Source: Nostoc punctiforme PCC 73102
Lineage (GTDB): Bacteria > Cyanobacteriota > Cyanobacteriia > Cyanobacteriales > Nostocaceae
NCBI RefSeq assembly: GCF_000020025.1
Contig: NC_010628.1
Location: 5,070,001 to 5,102,000, forward strand
Direction of reading: 5' to 3'
DNA: 32,000 nt
Shown: positions 16,551-24,551 of the stretch, piece by piece
How positions within the stretch are numbered: position 1 is the first letter of the stretch
How the letters are laid out: the number at the start of each line of letters is the position of its first letter
Program-made: the position numbers and the translations under genes
Notes under the pieces: generated by a model
What the model was told of the DNA's origin: nothing
What the model saw: the letters and a program-made list of their open reading frames with translations, nothing else
The model's database searches: none

Positions 16551-16583
16551 AAAAGCCTGTATTCATTACTGAATCAGGCTTTT
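16551..16583 (-). terminator. rho-independent terminator downstream of the pentapeptide-repeat gene
   Basis: AAAAGCCTG...CAGGCTTTT stem with inner ATTCA/TGAAT pairing. On the minus strand it is followed by ATTTTTAAA. Confidence 0.6.
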
Positions 16584-16622
16584 GAGGGTTTTATTAAATT
16601 TACACTCAGAACTTCAGTTTAA

Positions 16623-17294
16623 TCACTGAACAGTGAATCCTTCAGGTCTGATCGCATCTTCCAAATCAACCCCCATCAGGTTAACCCCCTGGATGTTTGC
16701 ATTTGTGAGATTTGTCTTTTCCAAGTCTGCGCCCTGTAGGTTAGCCATTTGCAGATTTGCTCCCAACAGGTTGGCTTTTTCTAAGTCTGCATCAAATAGG
16801 TTTGCTCCTAAAAGGTTTGCTCCCAAAAGGTTTACCTTACCTAAATCTGCTCCTTGAAAGTTTGCCCCTTGTAAGTTTGTTTGCTGTAGGTTAGCCCTTT
16901 CTAAGTCTGCATTTTGTAAGTTAGCACCCTCCAAGTTTGCCGCTTGCAGGTTTGCATCCTTAAGCATTGCTCCAGTTAAGTTACATCCGACACATTCATT
17001 GGTTTGTAATAAATGTCTAACATTTGTTGCTACAGATACAGCTGGAGGTATAACTGGGGAAGTTACAGATTCCATTGGCGATGTAACCGGAGGTATGACT
17101 GGGGAAGTTACAGACTCCATTGGCGGTGTAACGGGAGATGTGACTGGAGCTAGTTCAGACTCAGTAGGTATGGATGTTGTTAATGTTTGAGCTTTAACTG
17201 CTTGCTGGTCAAGGAGCGAAAATCCTGCTACAAGTACCAGAAATACTGCTGTTACGATCCACCGAGTTAACTTTTTGGAATTTGATTCATTCAT
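16623..17294 (-). CDS. pentapeptide-repeat protein with N-terminal signal/anchor
   Basis: From ATG at 17294 the translation is MNESNSKKLTRWIVTAVFLVLVAG (TM/signal). A P/T/S/V-rich linker contains a 15-aa duplication. Then come about 25 A(D/N)LxG-type pentapeptides (ANLEGANLQNADLERANLQQTNLQGANFQGADL...). Confidence 0.88.
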   Translation of the reverse strand: MNESNSKKLTRWIVTAVFLVLVAGFSLLDQQAVKAQTLTTSIPTESELAPVTSPVTPPMESVTSPVIPPVTSPMESVTSPVIPPAVSVATNVRHLLQTNECVGCNLTGAMLKDANLQAANLEGANLQNADLERANLQQTNLQGANFQGADLGKVNLLGANLLGANLFDADLEKANLLGANLQMANLQGADLEKTNLTNANIQGVNLMGVDLEDAIRPEGFTVQ

Positions 17295-17469
17295 GAGTTC
17301 CTTCCTATCATTATTCGTAGTAGTGGGTTTGCTTTTATAAGAGCCATCAATAATGTGCTTTATTCTCACTTTAGATAAATTGATTGATAAGATCAAATAT
17401 TATTTTGATTCAAGTTGATAAATTCAAGTGATTAAAAAAATCTTTTTTGGATGGGAAACGATTGGGTAA

Positions 17470-17625
17470 TTGTTTGGTTATGTCAGGGAATAGCACCCAT
17501 CTGCGTAGGCGTAGCCTGCACTTCTCGACGAGACGCTGCGCGTAGCTTGCTTTTATGAAGTGGTACGACAAAGCTGCTTCGACTGCACTCAGTACAAGTC
17601 AGTGACCATCGTAGACATGGCATTC
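17470..17625. repeat. Cluster of SDR-like GC-rich repeats
   Basis: Shares GAGACGCTGCGCGT (17530-17543) and CTCAGTACAAGT (17588-17599) with 601-614 and 642-653. TGCGTAGGCGTAGCC and CATCGTAGACATGGC are related to 9622-9652. Confidence 0.65.
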
Positions 17626-17658
17626 CCAGGTAAACAGTTTTCAGTTCGGGTGTAATGC

Positions 17659-18333
17659 CTAATTAGAAAGCATTGCCAGATTAGGTAACAGTCGATATGA
17701 TTCACTCTTAATTAAGATAGATAGTCCCAGGTAAATTAAGACAAATGGGAAGACTTTTCGGCCGAAGCGGGTTAAAACGGGAGTCATCAGAGGATTACGA
17801 GTCAGGTTGTAAGACAGGAAACACCACACTCCAATACTGAAATAACAAACACACAAAATTACACTCAAACTTGGAAGATTGCTACTAGCAAACAAAGGCA
17901 CATAGATCCCAATGTTGTTTCCTCCATTGGCAATGGTGACAGCAGAAACGCGGTAGGTTTGAGGATCGCGGATGGTTGCTAATAATGATTTATTCTGGCG
18001 TTCAGATTTGACAGGAGACTTTAACTCAACTGACACAGCTTGCACTGTCTCTCCTTCCTCTTCTCGACTCATGAAATTACTGATACCAATAGCAATGGGA
18101 AGCAAACCTAGTAATCCAATCCAGGTGCTAGGAATCAGAAGACCACCGAAGAAACCAGGGAGACTAGCGCATACTAAGGTAGTAAATCCCAAAAATTCAC
18201 CGATAATAATATGCTTAGGACGAAAGCTGCGATTGACTTTTCCGAAAAAAGCTGTCAAATATAAATTGTCGTCAAAGGTGGTGGCAAAAGCGACAGAGAT
18301 TCCAATAATTAATGTACTAATTAGCCAACTCAT
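17659..18333 (-). CDS. CadD-family (cadmium resistance transporter-like) membrane protein
   Basis: 224 aa and polytopic. The N-terminal ...[16 protein letters not shown] resembles the CadD family start, and there is a central hydrophilic loop. Confidence 0.6.
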   Translation of the reverse strand: MSWLISTLIIGISVAFATTFDDNLYLTAFFGKVNRSFRPKHIIIGEFLGFTTLVCASLPGFFGGLLIPSTWIGLLGLLPIAIGISNFMSREEEGETVQAVSVELKSPVKSERQNKSLLATIRDPQTYRVSAVTIANGGNNIGIYVPLFASSNLPSLSVILCVCYFSIGVWCFLSYNLTRNPLMTPVLTRFGRKVFPFVLIYLGLSILIKSESYRLLPNLAMLSN

Positions 18334-18729
18334 AATTGTTGCTCACGATAATTCAATGCTGTTATGTCCTAGTCCTTCTCTGCACCTCGCGGTGAGGGTA
18401 GATAAGGAGATTTCGCGACTGTTTTACCTAACGACAACCGATTGAGGTTCGCTAGTCATCAGCCAGTTCCCCAGTTTTTACAGGCGATTGCCTCTAATCA
18501 AATTGGTGATTTTTTTCTCAGCAAGGTACCTTGGGAGCTCATGAAGTCAATATTATGGCTTGCAACCCAATAAGAGCAAATACTCTTGTTTTTTAAAACG
18601 ATAAATAAAGGTGATTGATAAACAGTCTATTTTATAGGTGTTGCTTTAGCGGGGCTGGCAAGGTTTTTAACAAAACAGACTGGCAGTTGGTTGCGTTTCA
18701 TACTGAGTTAGTATCGGAGAAGTTTAAGA

Positions 18730-18865
18730 GCGTAGTTTACCGCCGTAGGCATCGCTCCTATTGAACAAGAGGCAAGAGGGCAGAGGGGCAAGGGAGATAA
18801 GTGGAGAGATTTATTCAATAATTCTCCCTTGTTTCCCTTGTTTCCCTTGTCCCCCTGCCTCCTTT
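18730..18865. repeat. SDR copy plus G/C-heptamer hairpin
   Basis: 18730-18755 is the exact reverse complement of 11053-11078. AGGCAAGAGGGCAGAGGGGCAAGGGAGA is inverted against TCTCCCTTGTTTCCCTTGTTTCCCTTGTCCCCCTGCCTCC. Confidence 0.7.
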
Positions 18866-18990
18866 ATCAAAGACAGGCTAAAGTTTGAGATATTCTTGGC
18901 GGCTAGCGTTCAACATCGGTTAATATGACTAATTGCGCTCTGCCTTCGGGTTTAAAATTTACAGTAATGTTTTATGTTTAACTTGTAATT

Positions 18991-19428
18991 ATGCTAACCA
19001 GTGTTGACCGTTTATTATTTGTCCGGCGAGTCCCGATTTTTAAGGAATTGCGGGATGATTTTATTGTGCGGCTCACTTCAGTGATGAACGAACTGTCATT
19101 TCCAGCTAATTACACCATCTTTCGCCAAGGAGAAGAAGGGCGATCGCTTTATATTGTCGTGTCAGGCCGGGTTAAAGTCCACATCGGCAATAAAATGCTT
19201 GCAGAGGTGGAACAGGGAAAATACTTTGGTGAAATGGCAGTATTTGATACTCAACCTCGTTCTGCCTCTGCAACAACTTTGGAACCTTGCGAATTTTTGG
19301 AACTGACGCAAGAGCAATTGTATGATGCGATCGAAGAAACTCCTGAAATTGCGGTGAATATCATTCGGGAGTTATCCCGTCTAATTCGTAAGTTAAATGA
19401 CGATATGAATTTATCGAACTCACGTTGA
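18991..19428 (+). CDS. stand-alone cyclic-nucleotide-binding domain protein
   Basis: 145 aa with the cNMP-binding signature GEEGRSLYIVVSG ... FGEMAVFD...RSASA. No HTH or other output domain. Confidence 0.85.
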   Translation: MLTSVDRLLFVRRVPIFKELRDDFIVRLTSVMNELSFPANYTIFRQGEEGRSLYIVVSGRVKVHIGNKMLAEVEQGKYFGEMAVFDTQPRSASATTLEPCEFLELTQEQLYDAIEETPEIAVNIIRELSRLIRKLNDDMNLSNSR

Positions 19429-19547
19429 ATTAAACCCAAAACCTCCTACCACAGTCAATTCACTCCGTCGAACTCACGTTAAATAGGCTTAAAATCCTTA
19501 CTAATGACAAATGACAGCCTTAGCCAGTTAGCTTTAATTGCGCCGAC

Positions 19548-20960
19548 CTACTTATAAGTTCTACATTCTTTAAGAAACTGTTGGGGAATTTCTACACTTC
19601 TCCCCCAATGCAGATGAACATAAGAAGCATGAACATTTGCAGGAAAACCCCATCCCTCGCATCCCATATTTTCATCACAATCGTAGCGAGAAGTTTCAAA
19701 TAGCGGCTTAGTGGGAGTTAAGGTTAAATGAGAACGATGAAATTCATGTCCGTGAACAGTTGTACCTGCCTTCACTAACAGATTATCTTGCAAAGCTACT
19801 GCACGACGATAGCCCAGAGTTAAACGCGCACCCATGACAGCAGATGTCGGTAAAACTCCCGTCATCGCCCAAGATTTACCCTCAAAATCGATAATTTGCT
19901 CACATAAATACATTAATCCTCCACATTCAGCGATCGCAGGCATTCCTTCTAGAATTGCTGTTTTCACTCCATCACGAACGCTGGTATTTTCTGCTAGTTG
20001 CTGGGCAAAAACTTCTGGGAAACCTCCCCCAAAATACATTCCCTGGACATCTTTTGGTATTGCAGCAGCTTCTAAGGGACTCCAGAAAACAAGTTCTGCA
20101 CCAAGCTGTTGCAGCAAATCGAGATTGTCTTGGTAATAAAAATTAAAAGCGCGATCGCGGGCAACTGCAATTCTGATGGAGGAGGGGGAATGAGGCGGAT
20201 TAGGGGGATGAGGAAGAGGTTGTGATTTTAACAGGGGTAATAAGTTTTGCCAATCGAAGCAGGTATCTCCTAAATCGGCGAGGCGATCGATTAAAGCATT
20301 GAGTTCGGGAAGTTCTGCTGTGGGTACTAAACCCAAATGGCGATCGGGAATTGTGATGTTATCTTGACGGCGCAACACGCCGAGAATAGGTAATTGTAAG
20401 GGTTTTAGGGCATCTTTGAGGAGAGAGAGGTGGCGATCGCTTCCCACGCGATTTAATACTACCCCAGCTATTTTAATTCGGGGGTCAAAAGATTGGTAGC
20501 CGTGAGCGATCGCAGCTACAGAACCAGACAAGCGACTGCAATCAATCACCAACACCACAGGTAAATCTAAAAGCCGTGCAATGTGTGCCGTACTTGCAAA
20601 GTCAGTAATTTGTCCTTTGTCATTAGTCATTAGTCCTTTGTCTTCTGCAAATGACAAAGGACTAATGACTAATGACGAAATTCCATCAAATAATCCCATT
20701 ACCCCTTCTACTAGGGAATATTCAGTCAGTTGACTATGACGGGCAAAACATTGCTGAACGTAGGTTTCTGAAGTCAACACTGGGTCTAAGTTGCGACAAG
20801 GACGACCAGTTACGTGTTGATGAAACATCGGATCGATGTAGTCTGGGCCTACCTTGAAAGATTGCACCAAGCGATCGCGACGACGTAAAGATGCTAAAAG
20901 GGTAAGCGTGACAGTTGTCTTGCCCACCCCACTACGTTCTCCAGCAATGATTATAGACAT
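19548..20960 (-). CDS. cobB: cobyrinate a,c-diamide synthase
   Basis: N-terminal P-loop GERSGVGKTTVT and a C-terminal glutamine amidotransferase region with AECGGLMYL. Carries a repeat-derived insertion (see 20619-20676). Confidence 0.9.
   Translation of the reverse strand: MSIIIAGERSGVGKTTVTLTLLASLRRRDRLVQSFKVGPDYIDPMFHQHVTGRPCRNLDPVLTSETYVQQCFARHSQLTEYSLVEGVMGLFDGISSLVISPLSFAEDKGLMTNDKGQITDFASTAHIARLLDLPVVLVIDCSRLSGSVAAIAHGYQSFDPRIKIAGVVLNRVGSDRHLSLLKDALKPLQLPILGVLRRQDNITIPDRHLGLVPTAELPELNALIDRLADLGDTCFDWQNLLPLLKSQPLPHPPNPPHSPSSIRIAVARDRAFNFYYQDNLDLLQQLGAELVFWSPLEAAAIPKDVQGMYFGGGFPEVFAQQLAENTSVRDGVKTAILEGMPAIAECGGLMYLCEQIIDFEGKSWAMTGVLPTSAVMGARLTLGYRRAVALQDNLLVKAGTTVHGHEFHRSHLTLTPTKPLFETSRYDCDENMGCEGWGFPANVHASYVHLHWGRSVEIPQQFLKECRTYK
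20619..20676. repeat. Perfect 24-bp-stem STRR hairpin inside the cobB CDS
   Basis: GTCATTAGTCATTAGTCCTTTGTC (20619-20642) and GACAAAGGACTAATGACTAATGAC (20653-20676) are exact reverse complements. The loop is TTCTGCAAAT. Confidence 0.9.
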
Positions 20961-20981
20961 GGATAATTGTTGATTAGGCAG

Positions 20982-23006
20982 TTAATTGCTGGGGTTTGAC
21001 ACGACATAAGGCGAGTTAATTGCTGAGGCTTGGTTAGAACTAACCAATGCTTGGTAGATAAAAGCTGCTACCTGAGCGCGAGTAGCGGTTGCGGTTGGAT
21101 TCAGGGACTTGACATTAGGATAATTCACGACGATTTGCTTTTGGGTTGCAGCTGCGATCGGTCTACGGGCATAGCTAGCGATGTTAGAGGCATCGTTGAA
21201 ATATTTCAGAGTGTTTTCGGTATTGCCACCAGAAGTATATCCCAGACCGTTGGCGAGGGAAACCAAAACCTGCTGGCGGGGAATAGCCTGGTTAGGTTGA
21301 AAACGATTACCGGGATATCCAGATAAAAAACCAATGGTATAGGCTTGCCCAATTGCACTGTATGCCCAATAGTTGCTAGGCACGTCAGCAAAATTGATCG
21401 CCTGTCTCTGCTGTGATTTAGGGAAAGCTTTGTTGACCATAGCGGCAAATTGAGCGCGTGTCACGGGTTCTTCAGGGCGGAACCTACCATCAGGAAATCC
21501 AGCAATTACGCCTCGCTGTGACAATTGTTGAATAAATTGTGCCGCCCAATAGTTAGATGAAACATCAGAAAAAGCAATTTGAGCTAAAGATAGCGGGGAG
21601 CATCCTACTTGGGTGGGTTTCCCTTGGAAACTATAAGTCACTGACTCACAAAGCAAACCTGCGGAGTTAGATTCTACATAAGTCCGCGTTGGTGGATTTT
21701 GTTTATCTAGCCGCGATATCCAATCGTTAGATATTTTTTCGAGAGTGGGATACTTTTTTAAAATCTGTGAGTCTGCAACAATATCGTGAGGTCCTTTAAC
21801 ACTTACCTTAGAACTATTAAGGTATATATTATAATCATAAACAACATTTTTATTTTTATTATTGCTATTAACCTCTTTGCCAGGGTAAGCATAGAGAATA
21901 TTGTTTAAAATCCTGACATCAGATGATACATTAGCAAATATTTGCCCACCATCAATTTCGGGGCTTTGATTATTTAAAACAGCAGTGTTATTTACAATAT
22001 CAACATGCTCGCTTAAAAATGTATGAATACCTGAGCCACCATTATTAAATGTAAGATTGTTTTTAACTAAAGTGCGTCCTTGATATGCACCCAATTTTGA
22101 GTTATTCTGGTCGTTTCTTGTAGTATCAATAATAATACCATTTCCATCTGTGATCTTTCCAACTGCAATCCAAGGGATATACATACGATTGTTGTAAGTC
22201 TTATTGTTGGTAACAAACATCTTGTATCCCTGGTTTTTGTCAGAATTCCAATTATTTAACATTGAAATACCACTAGAACCATAAACACCGTACCAGGCAT
22301 TATTGAAAACTACGTTATTATCTACTGTCACATAGTCTGATTGCATCGCTGAAATACCTGTTCCTCCACAGTCATGCACTTTATTATTCAGAATGCGGAT
22401 GTGATGAACATGACCATTGGTTCGTCCATCGACGTTGATGCAGTTTCCACTCGTGAGTGGGTTTTGTCTGTTATTCTTCTCACTCATCGCATAATCAAGA
22501 GTTATATTGGCATTATTCCCTATAACCTCCAGCCCGTTGATCTCAATATATGAAGCTCCACTTGAAATCAGAATACCGTTCCATGTATTGTGCTGAATTT
22601 TTGGGAAATGCCCAGGATATGCTTTATACCTAATCCATGCATTTGCAGTTCCAGAACGTTTAATACTTACTGCACTCAAAGCTTTGGCTACATTTTTGTA
22701 GACTCCATTCATAACCAATACTGTATCACCAGGGTTGGTAAGGTCTGCTGCCTTCTGAATTGTCCTAAATGCGGATGAAGTAGAAAGTCCGTTATTTTTG
22801 TCGTTTCCATTACCACTAACATAGTATGTTTTCGGTGTTGAATTCGCGCTAATTAGCTTGTTGCTGGATAGGCTAATTTCGTTGTTAGTCGATACATGAG
22901 GGGCGTTTTCAACTAAAGATACTTTTATCTTTTCTCCCTGAGTCAAAAGAATTAACACCACGGGAATTGCAAGAGATGTGCTTAAAATTAAACCTTTACT
23001 TACCAT
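20982..23006 (-). CDS. cell-surface protein: right-handed beta-helix (pectate-lyase-fold-like) region plus three C-terminal SLH domains
   Basis: N-terminal hydrophobic anchor. Asn/Gly-rich repeats (NNVVFNNAWYG, NNKTYNN, NNLTFNNGGSGI, NNTAVLNN). Three SLH-type units (FSDVSSNYWAAQFIQQL..., FADVPSNYWAYSAIGQA..., FNDASNIASYARRPIAAA...). Confidence 0.85.
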   Translation of the reverse strand: MVSKGLILSTSLAIPVVLILLTQGEKIKVSLVENAPHVSTNNEISLSSNKLISANSTPKTYYVSGNGNDKNNGLSTSSAFRTIQKAADLTNPGDTVLVMNGVYKNVAKALSAVSIKRSGTANAWIRYKAYPGHFPKIQHNTWNGILISSGASYIEINGLEVIGNNANITLDYAMSEKNNRQNPLTSGNCINVDGRTNGHVHHIRILNNKVHDCGGTGISAMQSDYVTVDNNVVFNNAWYGVYGSSGISMLNNWNSDKNQGYKMFVTNNKTYNNRMYIPWIAVGKITDGNGIIIDTTRNDQNNSKLGAYQGRTLVKNNLTFNNGGSGIHTFLSEHVDIVNNTAVLNNQSPEIDGGQIFANVSSDVRILNNILYAYPGKEVNSNNKNKNVVYDYNIYLNSSKVSVKGPHDIVADSQILKKYPTLEKISNDWISRLDKQNPPTRTYVESNSAGLLCESVTYSFQGKPTQVGCSPLSLAQIAFSDVSSNYWAAQFIQQLSQRGVIAGFPDGRFRPEEPVTRAQFAAMVNKAFPKSQQRQAINFADVPSNYWAYSAIGQAYTIGFLSGYPGNRFQPNQAIPRQQVLVSLANGLGYTSGGNTENTLKYFNDASNIASYARRPIAAATQKQIVVNYPNVKSLNPTATATRAQVAAFIYQALVSSNQASAINSPYVVSNPSN

Positions 23007-23301
23007 AAGAAAATGCTCTTTTATACACTACTTGACAAAAAATATCAGGTTATTAGGTAATTTTAAATACTCTTTTAGATAGAGAATAAAATATAGATGA
23101 CTTTCCTAGCTCTTTCCTTCAATAGCATACTTCAATAAGTATTCCAATAAATATCGATGGTGATGAAGACGGTATAGAGATATGATAGTTGCTATTAAAT
23201 AGAATTTTTTAGGTCTAAAGATGAAGGCGATCGCACACTCTAGTTAAAGTGGCGATCGCCTATGAGGGGTGATTAAAGTCACGACTTGAATAGAGTTAAA
23301 T

Positions 23302-24015
23302 CTAGTATCGTGAGCGTGGTACTAAATTCAAATTAGAATTCAGTGTGAGCCTTAAATCTTGTGCGGGTCTGATGACAAACACATTTGCTTCTTTTTTCCG
23401 TAATAGGACACTTGCACCTGCACCCGCAGCCGCACCAATAACAGGTTTTAAATCATCAATTCTGTTGTTACCAGTAATTAGTGAACCTAAAAGACCAGCA
23501 CCTCCACCAATAGCTGCATCAGTTAAAACCTGACCAGTGCTAGGACCTTGTGAAACTTTTTGAGTTGTGGTGTATGTCCGAGAAGTTGCATTAATCGACT
23601 GACGCTGACCATTAGAAAATTCTAATTCTTGAGCGACAAACCGCACGCCTTTTCCTTGGTTGTCATCTGTATTTCTTGAATAATTATCTAAGTCAACAGA
23701 TTCTAGCCGTCCATTTACTTTAGTTCCAGCAGGAATTAAGACATTTCTATTTCTGTCGATAATGTCATTGGCTATTCTCAAGGTTATAGATTTACTTTCC
23801 CCAGGAGCAATAGTAATAGTCTCTTTCTCGTAGGTGACAGGAAAAGCAACCCCAGAAGGAATGGTAACATTTCCATATTGAGTATTTCTGTCTTGCCCAA
23901 TTCTATATTGTGCATTGGCAGGAGCCAAGCTTAATAGGGGGCTAGCGACGCTTGCGGTAACGGCTATTGCCATTAGTGCAGCAGTTCTAGATTTCCATTG
24001 ATGTGAGTGAGCCAT
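23302..24015 (-). CDS. secreted hypothetical protein with Gly/Ala-rich C-terminal segment
   Basis: Signal-like TAALMAIAVTASVASPLLSLAPANA|Q. A later AAIGGGAGLLGSLITG...VIGAAAGAGASVLL glycine-zipper-like stretch. Confidence 0.65.
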   Translation of the reverse strand: MAHSHQWKSRTAALMAIAVTASVASPLLSLAPANAQYRIGQDRNTQYGNVTIPSGVAFPVTYEKETITIAPGESKSITLRIANDIIDRNRNVLIPAGTKVNGRLESVDLDNYSRNTDDNQGKGVRFVAQELEFSNGQRQSINATSRTYTTTQKVSQGPSTGQVLTDAAIGGGAGLLGSLITGNNRIDDLKPVIGAAAGAGASVLLRKKEANVFVIRPAQDLRLTLNSNLNLVPRSRY

Positions 24016-24551
24016 AAGAGAGTTTTCCTTTGTGTGTGTGATGTATTTAATGACGGTGATTTACTGAGTTTGTTTCTGACTGTTTTTAAACCTGTCTATA
24101 AGCGTATTCCGAAGATAAAAGTACTTATTATTATGGGAGCCTGTGCGATCGCGATCACACCTCAGAATTAGTATCCTGCTAATGTGCCTCACTCAAATCA
24201 GAGGCAAGATATTTAAGCGACGTAAACGAGTATCATTTTGTTCCTAAGTATTTTTTTATTACTTATGTCCACATATCTAAGCCATTAAATAGAGGGGATA
24301 GGCTAACTGTGAACTCTTACTTCTATTCTAGATTTATTTACTAGGAATTGGGAAATATTTTCGTTTTCTTAACGAATGATTTACCTATGGGACTGAAAAA
24401 TCAACTATCTGCTATGTGTGTATTTAAGATTGCTGCTGACGCTGTTTAATCTCTGCGATCGGTAATAGCAAAGTATCTTCTATATTGGCCAGAGAACCTT
24501 ACTTGATCTCTGAGTAATTGTCAGGTTGATATCAAGTTAATTCTGAATACC

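Noticed and set aside
17972-18445. 157-aa + strand ORF
   Set aside because: It is antisense to the CadD-like membrane protein gene and has an Arg/Ser/Pro-rich translation.
18334-18500. Possible metal-sensing riboswitch in the leader of the CadD-like gene
   Set aside because: I could fold only short local stems (for example CACC-GCGA-GGTG). I saw no conserved cores of the riboswitch classes I can recall (yybP-ykoY, NiCo, cobalamin). A covariance-model scan would be needed.
23225-23262. Hairpin formed by two HIP1 copies (AGGCGATCGC...GCGATCGCCT) as a terminator of the 237-aa gene
   Set aside because: Pairing comes largely from the self-complementary HIP1 octamers, and no U-tract follows on the relevant strand. 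The evidence is insufficient.
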